Source of the DNA: Candidatus Bathyarchaeia archaeon
Lineage (GTDB): Archaea; Thermoproteota; Bathyarchaeia; 40CM-2-53-6
DNA: 64,000 nucleotides
Reading direction: 5' to 3'
NCBI GenBank assembly: GCA_049517415.1
Contig: JBEKSC010000004.1
Coordinates: 82,243-146,242 of the forward strand
A program made the translations under genes and the position numbers. The notes below the pieces were generated by a model. It saw only the letters and a list, made by a program, of their open reading frames with translations. It ran no database searches and was not told the DNA's origin. Of the stretch, positions 37,793 through 48,761 are shown piece by piece; positions within the stretch are counted from its first letter, which is position 1, and each line of letters opens with the position of its first letter.

Positions 37793-39382
37793 TCAACTAA
37801 CGCGTCTGTCGAAGACCGCTAATCCTCCGAAGAGGCTCTTGAACCAGTCAAGTATCCTCTGAAGGGCGGCGATGAGATAGTCGTAGGCAGAGGTGGGCTG
37901 AGTGTGCGGCGTGTACGGAACCGGAGTGTTCACGGTGCCCTCGTCCCCGTGGACCCATCCTCCGCACGCCTGGTATTCGACTGCGGCTGTAAACGTGAGC
38001 GTGCCAGAGGTGAGGGCTGACGGCGGGTAGGAGTACATGTACGTGAACGTGGTGGTTCCCTCCGCGGAGTTCTGCTGCGTGAACGATGACTGATCCTGAG
38101 CGACTACCGTGATCCCGTAAGTCAATTCTCTGTGCGAGACGTTATCGAACCTTTCGATGGTAATCCTGAGGCCTGTCTGGACTGGGAGCGCATACCTGAT
38201 CACCAGCGTGATCGTCACATGCCCCGTCGCGTTCGTCAAACCTGCATATCGGGCGGTGACCTGGTTGAAGCGCGCGTAGTACTGCGGCCTCGTTATGGTC
38301 ACGTTGTAGTACGAGGTCCAACCCGGATCAGTCTTCTCCCAACCCGCCCCTTCGCCACGATCAAACCAGACGAACCCCTGCCCCGTAAGCATATACTTCT
38401 GGACACACGTACCGCTCCCACCGTAAGTCGAGTTCCTGAATGGCGCACGCACCGTAAACGTGTAATCCCTCGTCCCCGACCCAGACGACTTCACATTATC
38501 CACCTTATCCTCAGAGGACGGCTGAGTCTGATTATTCCGGTGGCTCACCTTCAACGTAGCCGACCCGGGGAAATGATAGGAAACATGGATAACCACACTG
38601 AACTGATCACCCTCACTCACAGCCAGGGGCGAAGTAGTGATGCTCTGAATCACCGCGTAGTAGGCCTGAACATCGAACCTGATCTCCGCAAAATCGCCCT
38701 GCGGATACGGATTCGCGTCATTGAATTGATTATTCGGGTCCACGATGCAGGTCAACGTATGCATCCCCTTCGTGGCCGTCCAAGTCTGAGGCACCGTGAG
38801 ATCCTGCGAACTAGGCTGAGGCGCGAACGTTAAGGAACCAGTGTAGTACGGCGCCTGATCCAGTAGGCAGGCCACCTGAACCGTCATCGACTGCGGACTA
38901 TTCGTGCTCACCAAGGCGATGGTCGTGTGGAATGTCACCTTGTCCCCCTCACCCGGCGCCGCAGGATTCAACCACACCTTCACCACATTCCAATCGGTGA
39001 TGATGGGCTGGACCACCTCGTAGTTCACAGAGGCTGTATCCATGACGACGCGGGATCCTTCCCGCGTTTGACCGTAAAGGGTGAGTGTTAAGGTGTAGGT
39101 GCCGGGGGTTGAAGGTGCCGTAAGCGTCATCATCAACGCAATCGTCCCGGAGCCGGAGACGGCCACCTGATTCGTGTTATACGGTGGGCTCTCAATCCAG
39201 AGATAGTACGAGCCGAAAATGCTGTATTGGACGCCGATCGTGAGCGAGTAAGTTTCGCTCGTGTAGACCTGGTAGGGGCTTGGAGGGATGATCTTCGCCT
39301 GCGCCCTTCCCTGCGCCGAGACCGGCCCCGTCACCGCTCCTAGGGCCAGGAGGATGAAGGCGACCGCGCAAACCTTCTTCAT
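37793..39382 (-). CDS. Secreted multi-Ig/CARDB-domain surface protein
   Basis: Signal peptide MKKVCAVAFILL; WTATKGMHTLTCIVDPNN. Confidence 0.78.
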   Translation of the reverse strand: MKKVCAVAFILLALGAVTGPVSAQGRAQAKIIPPSPYQVYTSETYSLTIGVQYSIFGSYYLWIESPPYNTNQVAVSGSGTIALMMTLTAPSTPGTYTLTLTLYGQTREGSRVVMDTASVNYEVVQPIITDWNVVKVWLNPAAPGEGDKVTFHTTIALVSTNSPQSMTVQVACLLDQAPYYTGSLTFAPQPSSQDLTVPQTWTATKGMHTLTCIVDPNNQFNDANPYPQGDFAEIRFDVQAYYAVIQSITTSPLAVSEGDQFSVVIHVSYHFPGSATLKVSHRNNQTQPSSEDKVDNVKSSGSGTRDYTFTVRAPFRNSTYGGSGTCVQKYMLTGQGFVWFDRGEGAGWEKTDPGWTSYYNVTITRPQYYARFNQVTARYAGLTNATGHVTITLVIRYALPVQTGLRITIERFDNVSHRELTYGITVVAQDQSSFTQQNSAEGTTTFTYMYSYPPSALTSGTLTFTAAVEYQACGGWVHGDEGTVNTPVPYTPHTQPTSAYDYLIAALQRILDWFKSLFGGLAVFDRRVS

Positions 39383-39431
39383 TCTTCCACTCCACTCCAA
39401 CCCCGTCAATCCTGCAGCCACCCCACCAAGA

Positions 39432-42182
39432 TCAAGCGTGGGCGTCTCCAGTCTGCTTGGTCCCGCACTTCTCGCAATACTCGTCACCCGGCCTAAGCCT
39501 CGTCCCACACTCGATGCAGAAGGCTCCTGCGCGGTGGGCTCTAAGCCTCCTCACCGCCAACACCACACCCACAACCACCACGGCAACAATCGCGGCCAGG
39601 ATCCCCATCGCAAGGTAATTCACCGTCGCTTCTGTGGACTCTGGGTTAGCAAGCTGTCCCTGCACCAGCACCGTAGCTGAAACCTGCTTACCTTCAACCC
39701 CCGAACCAGTCACTGTTATACTGTAGTAGCCCGACGCAGCATCCTTGCTCAACTGCACGGTCAATGTTGACTGCCCATTCGGAGCCAACGCGCTTGGATC
39801 AAACTTGGCTGTGGAGTTAGGAGGCAGATCAGAGGCTTCCAGGTTCACAAGCTGCCCATAACCCGAATTGGATGCCACGGTGACGTTGAAGGTCGCGGTC
39901 CCACCCGGACTCGCCTGAACCGTATCCGGAGCCACAGCCAGCGAGTAGTCCGGCCCACTCGTGACATCGAGCACCAAGGACGCATATCGCGCAATCCCAG
40001 CCGCCGTAGCGTTGATGGTGAGCGGATACGAACCCGCAGGCACCGTGCTCGCCGCGGTCACAGTCAGCGTGGACGTGAACCCGGGCATGCCGGATGGTGG
40101 GGTGAAGTAGTACGAGACCCCAGCTGGGGCTCCCTGAAGATCCAGTTGAACTGTCTGAGGCGTCCCAGAGGTCGAGTTCACAGTCACCGTGTACGTGGCA
40201 GGGGCGTCAATGGTCTGCTCCATCGGAACCGCCGTCACGTAGAAGTCAAACGCCCCGCCAGGCTGCGTCTGCCCCGGAGGAGGCTGCGGTGGCGTCGATG
40301 TAACATTGAACGTGGCCTTCATCATATTATTCGCTCGGTTGGGGTCGTTAAACTGCATATCCGGATCCACAACCCAACTAACCGTATGCTGACCCAACGT
40401 GGGCGTCCAGGGAGGAGAAGAAACCGACAGGAAAGCCATCCCAGGCTGGTAGGTAACATAACCCTTCAACTGCTCCACCCCATCAATCGAGTAGGCGACC
40501 GCGACGGTCTGCGGCAACGGGGAACTCGTCGTAACCCCCACCTGAGCTGTGAACGTCACATTCGAACCCAACGACGGGTTCACAGGGGAGATGGAAACCC
40601 CCGTAATCGCCCAATCATAATTCCCACCAGGCGGCCCTCCACCACCAGGCCCTCCCCCAGGCGCTCCAACAAGGTTCACATGGAATATCCGCGTGCCAAG
40701 CTGCGGGGTGGTGCCGGTGGTGAGGGCCTGGGCTTCTAGACCCCACGAGCCCGTGTGTGGAGGTATCTCAGCCGCTGGAACCTGAATTGCCACGGTTTGC
40801 GAGCCGTCTCCGCCTTGAGGGAGAGGAGGCAGAAGTTGGGAGGCGAGACCAAGATTGAAGCCGTTGAGATTGTATAGCATTAGGAAAATTTGGGAGCCTT
40901 GAGGAAGATGCCATTGAAGCTGCAACTGCACGTTAAAGGGGCTTCCCAACGCCACATCCTGCGTTGGAGGCGTCGGCGCACTATTCACCTGAACAGCGAC
41001 TATATCGCAGAACATTGAGAGCAGGTTAGGGTCGTTAGTCACCTGTGAACCCGAATCAAAAGTGTCGTAGACAGGTGGTGCGGTGCCTGACACGCTGAGT
41101 TCCGCAGTTATGGTGTACCAACCTGTGGTTGAAGGCGCCATTATGTTGAACAGCAGGCTGAACCCACCTTTTCCTTTCCGATTTGGCAAAGTCCGCGTAG
41201 TCATGGGAATGACACCACTACTATCCTTGATATCGATCACAAGCGTTCCAGTACTGCTCCCCGGAAAGATGTACTTCCCTACCAGCCTCACTGCAAAAGT
41301 GTGTGACGGCTGCACAAAGGATTGGGCTCCCGACTGATCCTGAGCGAATGCAGCCCACGGACTATTCCTATCCTTGACAGGTATTTCTAACGAAACCGTA
41401 TCCACCAGAGGCGCGTGACCAGGTGCGTCAACCTCGTATTTGATGTCCCAATGCCAATCCGCCATGGGATTGGGTGGAGCATCCCCACCCCCAAAAAACA
41501 TGGGGGTTTGTGAGTAAGATTCATCCTGTGGAATTGGAACTGGGGCTGGATTTTCGGCCACATTCACCCACCCATCCGGTTCTAGAGACATCAGTTCTGA
41601 CGCGGTGTATGATGGAGGGGAGTTTCTGAAGGTCTCCTTCAATGTCGAACCGGCCGTTATACAAATATCCTCTGTGCCCTCTATGAAGAAAGGCTGTTCA
41701 ACGCTTAACTCGTTCTGGGGGTTTCCTTGCACATCAACTACGTGGGCGTTGGTTATTTTGATGTAGGGCTCAGCGTCAGGTTTTACGATGGTTATGAAGA
41801 AATCGTATTGGGTAACCAAATTTGATAACCAGGTCACCCCTGCCTGTAGGTGCCAACTGAACTTTCCCGACGGATCCCACTCATTTGAGTTTGGCGTATA
41901 GGCTTGCAGGATAGCAGGTTGCACGCCAAATGTTCCGGATGCCGGAGACTGCTGACTTGAGCTGTAACTGCCATGTACCGTCGTGCCTGGAGCCCCATTG
42001 ACTTCCTTCACCCACACGTCCAGAGCGAATGGACCAGAGCTCTGATAAGTGCCGTGGATGGTAACCAAGAAAGTATCTCCTGGTCTAGTTTCGGAAGGGG
42101 AATCAACTGAGGTGATGCTGACCGTTAACGCTCCTTGAACTGGTCTAAGATTCAATCCCAAAACGATTGGGATTAGGAGCAT
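39432..42182 (-). CDS. Large surface protein: Ig/CARDB repeats, C-terminal TM and zinc ribbon
   Basis: WVVDPD..DPNRANN; DYSLAVAP repeats; FCIECG..YCEKCG. Confidence 0.82.
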   Translation of the reverse strand: MLLIPIVLGLNLRPVQGALTVSITSVDSPSETRPGDTFLVTIHGTYQSSGPFALDVWVKEVNGAPGTTVHGSYSSSQQSPASGTFGVQPAILQAYTPNSNEWDPSGKFSWHLQAGVTWLSNLVTQYDFFITIVKPDAEPYIKITNAHVVDVQGNPQNELSVEQPFFIEGTEDICITAGSTLKETFRNSPPSYTASELMSLEPDGWVNVAENPAPVPIPQDESYSQTPMFFGGGDAPPNPMADWHWDIKYEVDAPGHAPLVDTVSLEIPVKDRNSPWAAFAQDQSGAQSFVQPSHTFAVRLVGKYIFPGSSTGTLVIDIKDSSGVIPMTTRTLPNRKGKGGFSLLFNIMAPSTTGWYTITAELSVSGTAPPVYDTFDSGSQVTNDPNLLSMFCDIVAVQVNSAPTPPTQDVALGSPFNVQLQLQWHLPQGSQIFLMLYNLNGFNLGLASQLLPPLPQGGDGSQTVAIQVPAAEIPPHTGSWGLEAQALTTGTTPQLGTRIFHVNLVGAPGGGPGGGGPPGGNYDWAITGVSISPVNPSLGSNVTFTAQVGVTTSSPLPQTVAVAYSIDGVEQLKGYVTYQPGMAFLSVSSPPWTPTLGQHTVSWVVDPDMQFNDPNRANNMMKATFNVTSTPPQPPPGQTQPGGAFDFYVTAVPMEQTIDAPATYTVTVNSTSGTPQTVQLDLQGAPAGVSYYFTPPSGMPGFTSTLTVTAASTVPAGSYPLTINATAAGIARYASLVLDVTSGPDYSLAVAPDTVQASPGGTATFNVTVASNSGYGQLVNLEASDLPPNSTAKFDPSALAPNGQSTLTVQLSKDAASGYYSITVTGSGVEGKQVSATVLVQGQLANPESTEATVNYLAMGILAAIVAVVVVGVVLAVRRLRAHRAGAFCIECGTRLRPGDEYCEKCGTKQTGDAHA

Positions 42183-42627
42183 GATCAGGACTAGTGACGC
42201 GCGCAGGTTGATAGGAGAATGAACGTGCAGGCGAGAACACCCGCGTGAAAAATTGTCTCGTACTAGATGATAAAACTTTGCAGCTTACGTACTTTTAGAA
42301 TTCATATTGAGCGCGGTGCTCGCGGTGACTCATGACGTATGACTTATCCTTTGGGATTTTCCGTCCAGAAAATCATAAGATGCCAAATCCGTAAACGGAT
42401 GGTGGCGGCTCCATAATAGTGGCTTGGATCAAGACTAGCATGGTCATTCGAACGGTTTGATCGCACATAACATTAGACGTTATTCATTGACTAGTTCAGA
42501 TTGCGAGCCGCAAAAAATCGAAGTGATTGGCTGCAAAGTGTTTTATCTCAAATCATACGATAACTTCTGATTCGAGAATACTTTTGGCAGGGAAGCCAGA
42601 CTCTATGGGATGAGGAGATTCTAGGGC

Positions 42628-43095
42628 ATGGTGGTTCTAAAGAGAGTTGGCGTTATGTCCGTGGCGAAGATCTTCGCGGTCCTTTCAGCGATAGTTGGGT
42701 TGATCGAAGGAATCGTGCTTGCGGGTGTTGGAAGCATGATGGGTGACATGCTTATGCAAACACCTGTGGGAATTCTCGGAATGCTCGGAGTGTTCGGATA
42801 CACCGCCATCATCATGTTCCCAATAACTGGCGCCATATCAGGATTCATTGGAGGAGCCATCGGCGCCCTCCTGTACAACCTCGTTGCGGGTAGGATTGGC
42901 GGAATAGAAATGGACTTGGTGCAAGCTGCCGGCACCCCACTCCCGACCCCACCTGCAACTTTTCCCACAGCCGCACCCGTGGCGACGGCTCCCCCCGCAG
43001 CAGCCGCGGCTCCCGCGAAGTTCTGTTCAAGTTGTGGCGCGAAGATTTACGCGACCGCAAAGTTCTGTGGAAAATGCGGAGCCAACCAGGCGTAG
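42628..43095 (+). CDS. Membrane protein (DUF3566-like) with a C-terminal zinc ribbon
   Basis: LYNLVAGRIGGIE; FCSSCG..FCGKCG. Confidence 0.78.
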   Translation: MVVLKRVGVMSVAKIFAVLSAIVGLIEGIVLAGVGSMMGDMLMQTPVGILGMLGVFGYTAIIMFPITGAISGFIGGAIGALLYNLVAGRIGGIEMDLVQAAGTPLPTPPATFPTAAPVATAPPAAAAAPAKFCSSCGAKIYATAKFCGKCGANQA

Positions 43096-43158
43096 AACCC
43101 TAGGAATGAATCGGGTTCGGTTGGTTCCGGAAGGAAGGAGAAGCGGAAGGGAGATCAC

Positions 43159-43890
43159 GTGGCTGGCAACGTGAAGACTTCGGTTCTGATCCTTCTCTCC
43201 ATCTCTCTAGTCCTCTTCAATGATGTGGGGGTGGTGCATGTTGCGGCCTCGCCAACAAACTGGCCGATGTTCCATCAAAACCTCAACCACACCGGCGTAA
43301 CACCGGACATTGTAACCCCACCACTCAACCTTCTATGGACCTACAAGACGGATGCCGGTGTCAGCTCTTCCCCCGCTGTTTCAGGGGGCATAGTGTACGT
43401 AGGGTCAATGGACGATAATGTGTATGCGTTGAACGCTGTCACTGGAGCCGTGGTCTGGAATTACACAACAGGGGACCATGTCTCATCCTCTCCTGCTGTC
43501 TCAGGGAACGCATTATACGTGGGCTCAATGGACGGTAACGTGTATGCGTTTGCGGAGGCTGGTACGAGCCCTACTACGACAGCCGTAATGGCAACAACCT
43601 CGGCGTTCAACTTCTCTAGTGTGACGTCGTCCTCAAACCAGCCCAGTCCGTTGCCTGTTACCGGGGCGAGCGGCACCATGGCTATGTTTTCGCAGACTAA
43701 TCTCCTGTTAATCGGCGTCGTCGTAGTTCTCGTCGTCGGAGTCTTAGTAGTGGTCAAGTTGCGTCGTCCAAAGTCGGGTAGACGCGCGACCGGTGTGAGG
43801 GGGGAAACGATCTACTGCCGAAGGTGCGGGGCTCAGAATTCCACTAGCCAGCAATTCTGCGAGAATTGCGGAGCAAAACTGAAACCGTAA
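43159..43890 (+). CDS. PQQ-repeat membrane-anchored protein with a zinc ribbon
   Basis: WPMFHQN..HTG; SSPAV..VYVGS.D.NVYA x2; TM; YCRRCG. Confidence 0.82.
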   Translation: MAGNVKTSVLILLSISLVLFNDVGVVHVAASPTNWPMFHQNLNHTGVTPDIVTPPLNLLWTYKTDAGVSSSPAVSGGIVYVGSMDDNVYALNAVTGAVVWNYTTGDHVSSSPAVSGNALYVGSMDGNVYAFAEAGTSPTTTAVMATTSAFNFSSVTSSSNQPSPLPVTGASGTMAMFSQTNLLLIGVVVVLVVGVLVVVKLRRPKSGRRATGVRGETIYCRRCGAQNSTSQQFCENCGAKLKP

Positions 43891-43912
43891 ATCATAATCT
43901 CATGGTGGTTGC

Positions 43913-44548
43913 ATGTTTGGGATATTTGGGCTGGGCGACGGGAAGATGGATTTGCAGCTAAAGAATGTGAATGTTGCTCCAGGTGATACTTTGGAAGGCA
44001 CCGCTTCTCTTACCATGAATAAAGATGTCATGGGCAAGGAAGTGGTTGCAATCTTGTACGCGGAAGAAACGGTGAGAGAGCGCGAAGCGAATGGCAGGGA
44101 GGTCAGTAAACAAATCACGCTCTATTCAAAGTCGGAGATACTGGACACTGAGAAGCTGTACACAAATGCGAATAGCCCATATCAATACAAATTCGCCTTT
44201 GTTATACCACAAACCGGTCCAAGCGCAACGCATGCCTCTAGCATATCCGTAGGAATGATTTCGAATCTCCTTCGTAGCGGAGGCATCGTGCGCTGGTACG
44301 TCAAAGCAGAACTGAAACATGAAGCTGCATTGAAGTTCCCCGTAGCAAAAACACAGGAGATAAACATAGTCGCAAGAAGTGATGTTCAGGGTGGTGTTGC
44401 AAGAACAATGGCCGTTCCATCGGAATCCGCTACGCAATCCATTTCCTCCGAGACTGTTCCGTTGGGGGAAAAGAGGTTTTGCGCTAATTGCGGCACCCAG
44501 CTGAATCCAAGAGCCACCTTCTGCAGCAACTGCGGATCCAAGCAATAA
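43913..44548 (+). CDS. Arrestin/Spo0M-like Ig-fold protein with a zinc ribbon
   Basis: PGDTLEGT..YKFAFVIP..VRWYVKAEL; FCANCG. Confidence 0.65.
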   Translation: MFGIFGLGDGKMDLQLKNVNVAPGDTLEGTASLTMNKDVMGKEVVAILYAEETVREREANGREVSKQITLYSKSEILDTEKLYTNANSPYQYKFAFVIPQTGPSATHASSISVGMISNLLRSGGIVRWYVKAELKHEAALKFPVAKTQEINIVARSDVQGGVARTMAVPSESATQSISSETVPLGEKRFCANCGTQLNPRATFCSNCGSKQ

Positions 44549-44645
44549 GCCCGTCAAAAGGTCGGCTGCGAATATTTGCTACCTATGGAAGAAATCTCTC
44601 CAACCGACGTCCAGAAACCATTCAAGTAGGAAGTTGACCCTAATC

Positions 44646-45125
44646 TTATCGTTTCATTGTGACCTCCATTGTTGTGATTACCTGACTGTCTAAGGTATCT
44701 CGTTCGCGTACCGTGAATTCCCTTGGACTCATGATTTTTGCTTCTATTTCCTCCCTGTAGATTTTTCCATCTTGCAAAGCTTCATGAAAGACACTGAATG
44801 TTTTGTCATCTAACCACCTGCCCTTGTGGTCGCGAGCTGCCCCCGTGTTCGTAACGGCAAAGAAGTGGAACATCTTCTCGCCTGGGTCGAAACCAAGTAT
44901 GTCGACTTCCTCGTATGCACCTAGCCCTTCGATGTCCATCTTGCCAACATTCAATATCCCCCATCCAGCAGCCGCCGAAGAAAATTTCCACGAGCCCTTC
45001 ACTTTGAAAGCTCTGCCCTGGAAAGTCAGGCTGCCCTCAGCATTCCAGTCTCCCACAAAGTACTGCAGCCTCTTGGCTTCGTTGGGCAGAGGAAAGATGT
45101 CACTAAGCTTAGGCTTGTCCTTCAC
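44646..45125 (-). CDS. DUF1579-like beta-barrel protein
   Basis: RLQYFVGDW..GFDP. Confidence 0.65.
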   Translation of the reverse strand: MKDKPKLSDIFPLPNEAKRLQYFVGDWNAEGSLTFQGRAFKVKGSWKFSSAAAGWGILNVGKMDIEGLGAYEEVDILGFDPGEKMFHFFAVTNTGAARDHKGRWLDDKTFSVFHEALQDGKIYREEIEAKIMSPREFTVRERDTLDSQVITTMEVTMKR

Positions 45126-45407
45126 AGTAACACCCTAGCAATAATTCGGAAGAAATGATGTTCTATAAGCATTCTTGGATGGCGAAATTGCGTGGAAAAC
45201 CCATTGCTGAGACCTCTTCGGTGAATGTCTTCTCGTCTCGCATCTTCACTACTTTTCTTTAGCGAATATAATGTTGCGGTCGTCCAGATTTGAATCGTCG
45301 TTGTTCGTTATCAAAGGTGTGTGTGGGTCTAATGGTGCGCGCACACCTTTACGAACCAGGAACGACGGCGGCTCAAATTCCATCATGCCTTCCGATGACG
45401 TAACGGA

Positions 45408-46157
45408 TCATTTCTCTCCAGCAATTATTCCTATTCTTCCAACCATAAACGGCAATCTTAGCATCAACGGAATAAAGCTCGCTTTTCGTGTCTCGACAAA
45501 TTCTACTCTCGATATCCCCCAACGCTGAATGGTCGCCAGAAAATCCCCTATATCACCGTAGACGTGTCGCAACAGAAAGAGATCCTGAAAAGAGAATTTT
45601 CCCCCCTTCTTCAACACGCGTAAAGCCTCGCGTACAACTTCGCGCTTATCCGCAGAATCACGTACCTCATGAAAAACCAAATTGCTTACGACGGCATCAA
45701 AATATCCGTCGCCAAATGGCAAGGCCGAGGCACTTGCTTTCTGGAAAGTTACTCGACCAGTCACGCCTTCAATCTTCGCATTCCTTTCACACATCTCTTT
45801 AGAGTATTCCCAATTTCCACTCCAGGAATCAACTCCCACAACCTGGGCAGTGGGATACCTCTCAGCAAATTTGAGCGTAAGGGCGGCGCTTCCACAGCCT
45901 ATGTCTAACGCGCGTCCTTCCCCACTCCAATCCAAGTGGGATAAGACCAACCCAACGATTCGCCCCTGTACATTTCGTTTTCCGGCAAATAGAACCCGAG
46001 CATAGGCAAAATATGCTGAAACAAGAAGAAAGAAAACAGCAGGAATCAGCAACACAGAGTAAAGAAGACCTAACATACACAACATGAATCCTACAACAGC
46101 TGGCGTGTAGATGATTCTCTTTGAGACCCAATTACCGTAATCCGGTTTTGTAGTCAT
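45408..46157 (-). CDS. Class I SAM-dependent methyltransferase with N-terminal TM segments
   Basis: LDIGCGSA; LPFGDGYFDAVVSNLVFH. Confidence 0.92.
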   Translation of the reverse strand: MTTKPDYGNWVSKRIIYTPAVVGFMLCMLGLLYSVLLIPAVFFLLVSAYFAYARVLFAGKRNVQGRIVGLVLSHLDWSGEGRALDIGCGSAALTLKFAERYPTAQVVGVDSWSGNWEYSKEMCERNAKIEGVTGRVTFQKASASALPFGDGYFDAVVSNLVFHEVRDSADKREVVREALRVLKKGGKFSFQDLFLLRHVYGDIGDFLATIQRWGISRVEFVETRKASFIPLMLRLPFMVGRIGIIAGEK

Positions 46158-46330
46158 CGTCTTGGTCTCCGAATTCCAGGCGCCAAGCAATCGTTACCAC
46201 CGGTACGCCACACATTAAAAGTAGACTGGTTCAAAATAATAATAAAATAATGAGCATGCACGCCAAGGCTAGGACAGACTCGAGCGATTCCTTAAGAAGC
46301 ACCCGGCCTAGAGGTCTTTGACAGGAGAGC

Positions 46331-47323
46331 TTGAGAATGGTATTAGTCCTAACGCGTAAAGACGTCGAGTCAGTTCTCACGATGAAGGATACGCTCGTTG
46401 CGGTTGAAGGAGCATTCAGAGAATTAGCGGAAGGCACCGCAAACTTGCCCCTCCGGCCAACTATACAGTTAAAGAAACACAACGGCCTGATAACCTTCAT
46501 GCCGGCCTACCTAGGCGGGATGGATAGCCTCGGAGTGAAAGTCGTAAGCGTATTCCCCGACAACCCAACAAAATACAACTGCTCAACAATTCTAGGAACC
46601 GTCCTGTTGAACAATCCGAAGACCGGCGGGCTCCAAGCCATAATGGACGGAGCGTGGATAACGGCCATGCGAACCGGAGCCGTAAGCGGCGTAGCCGCAA
46701 AATACTTGGCTAGAGAAGACGCTGCAACAGTGGGCATCTTTGGAGCAGGAGTCCAAGCCAAGACTCAACTCCTGGCCATGAACGAGGTTAGGAAACTGAA
46801 AGAAATCAAAGTCTACGACGTCATCCTAGAAAACCTACGCAAGTTTACAGAAGAGATGACTAAACTACTTGGCGTGAAGGTCGTTCCCCAGAAGAACTCC
46901 GGTGACGTAGTGAAGGGATCGGACATCGTGATCACGGCGACAACATCGAAAGTGCCAGTCTTCGACGGGCAGCTACTCAAAGAAGGAACCCATGTCAGCG
47001 GAATTGGCTCCCATCACGGACCAGGAATAAAGGAGTTGGATGACGTGACCATAAAACGAGCCAAGCTCGTAGTGGATCAGAGGGAAGCAGCGTTAAAGGA
47101 AGCTGGAGACATAATCGACCCGATCGCAAAGGGCGTGATCACGCCCGACCACATCTACGCTGAGCTAGGAGAACTCGTAATAGGAAAGAAGAAAGGACGC
47201 ACCAGCAACAACGAAATCACAGTCTTCAAATCCGTCGGCCTAGCCGTCCAGGACATGTCAACAGCTGCCAAAGTATACGAACTCGCGCAGAAGAAGAGCA
47301 TAGGAAAAACTATCGAAGTCTAA
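46331..47323 (+). CDS. Ornithine cyclodeaminase/mu-crystallin (archaeal alanine dehydrogenase) family
   Basis: ITAMRTGA; GAGVQA; FKSVGLAVQD. Confidence 0.92.
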   Translation: MRMVLVLTRKDVESVLTMKDTLVAVEGAFRELAEGTANLPLRPTIQLKKHNGLITFMPAYLGGMDSLGVKVVSVFPDNPTKYNCSTILGTVLLNNPKTGGLQAIMDGAWITAMRTGAVSGVAAKYLAREDAATVGIFGAGVQAKTQLLAMNEVRKLKEIKVYDVILENLRKFTEEMTKLLGVKVVPQKNSGDVVKGSDIVITATTSKVPVFDGQLLKEGTHVSGIGSHHGPGIKELDDVTIKRAKLVVDQREAALKEAGDIIDPIAKGVITPDHIYAELGELVIGKKKGRTSNNEITVFKSVGLAVQDMSTAAKVYELAQKKSIGKTIEV

Positions 47324-47726
47324 TCCGATCTCAATTCCAGACTTCTTAACGAAGCAGAACTACTCGATCACTTCAACGATAATAGGCAGCGCCACCGTTT
47401 ACATGATGCAAGGCCAAACCTATAATTTCCAAGCGGTTTTGACCGCCTGGACCGCCGCTGGCGCTCCCGCAGTATCCACAACGGGAGTTTGGATTCAGCT
47501 AGGCGGACCTGGTCTGATGGCGCTCTCAATATCCTGATTTTTCCTTTCCGATGAGTATGTGTCGCCTCTGGCGAATTGAAATCGAACTCTGGCCATAGCG
47601 TCAGCCGTTCGCAAACCTATGCCTACCGGTAAATTGCGGCCAGAATCCCCTCCCCCTCTCTGCGAGTGTATCGTTACTTTGAGGAGACAAGTTCGCTTAA
47701 GATCCGAACCATCTCGTTGACCGATT

Positions 47727-48707
47727 CTATTTTCCTCTGTCAGTCGATGAATTGTGGGTCCAAATCTTGCCTACGGACGTGATTTGCACTCGGCTATGGG
47801 TGAACTCAGCATGCTTTACCTTACCGTTCTCAAGTAACATCTCGACCTTTGTCGTTTCCGTGCCTCCTAGAAATGGGCCGTCTCCGGAGTCGAATCTAAG
47901 CGACGCCGACGGTTCGGTAATTCTTCCACTGTAGGCTAATGCGACGGCTACTGCGATAGTACCAGTACCGCATGAGGGTTCAATGTGTCCGATAGGTATG
48001 CTGTGAGGAAATAGCACACGTCCATGCGTCGAATCTTCTGGATACATGTCAAATAGTGAGTAGTCAGCATTGGCCTTTGGGATCAGATGCTGATTGTCAA
48101 AGTCTTTCTGCATAACCATTAACACTTCTTTGGCCGCTTGGTTCATGCTCACAAAATCCGCGGCAGGATGACTCTTGAGAATCTCACTTGCATCTACTAC
48201 AAGGAATTTGCCAATCTTGAGAGCGTTCACGCCTGATACTTGGATCTGAGACAAACCTCGGCGATAGCACTCATCCACGAATTTCGTCATGTCGGTGAAA
48301 GCTACGGTTTCCCCTTTCACACTTTTCACTGATATTCTCACGATGCCCAGATCTGTTTCGAGGTCAATCTTCTTCATCGGTTTTCGAATGTCGAAACGCT
48401 TGCCAAGATAAGTCTCGGCAAGTGCCTTGGGAAGCACTTGGGACAAACCACCGCACATCGTGATGAAACCTCTTGCGGTTCTGTCAACGATCTTGACTCT
48501 TATGTCGCCGGAACCTTTCGGTTTTAGCAGAACTCCTGTTTGATCACCATGCACGCTTGGCGAATCCAGAGCGGACAGACCGACGTCAACATAACGTTTC
48601 GGTGAGATCTGAGATCCGTCCAGGAATACAATTTCGTTTCCACCCATATGTCCTTTGACGTAGTCAAGTTTGATTGAGTGTCTCAAGAACTGGTCACCGT
48701 TGCACAT
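47727..48707 (-). CDS. Diaminopimelate epimerase/proline racemase-fold enzyme
   Basis: Two catalytic-Cys motifs, TMCGG and PSCGTG. Confidence 0.75.
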   Translation of the reverse strand: MCNGDQFLRHSIKLDYVKGHMGGNEIVFLDGSQISPKRYVDVGLSALDSPSVHGDQTGVLLKPKGSGDIRVKIVDRTARGFITMCGGLSQVLPKALAETYLGKRFDIRKPMKKIDLETDLGIVRISVKSVKGETVAFTDMTKFVDECYRRGLSQIQVSGVNALKIGKFLVVDASEILKSHPAADFVSMNQAAKEVLMVMQKDFDNQHLIPKANADYSLFDMYPEDSTHGRVLFPHSIPIGHIEPSCGTGTIAVAVALAYSGRITEPSASLRFDSGDGPFLGGTETTKVEMLLENGKVKHAEFTHSRVQITSVGKIWTHNSSTDRGK

Positions 48708-48761
48708 TCTTCCTCAGTCTATGCTTGACAGTGGGATTGCCGCATTAGCGTACGTACTTGG

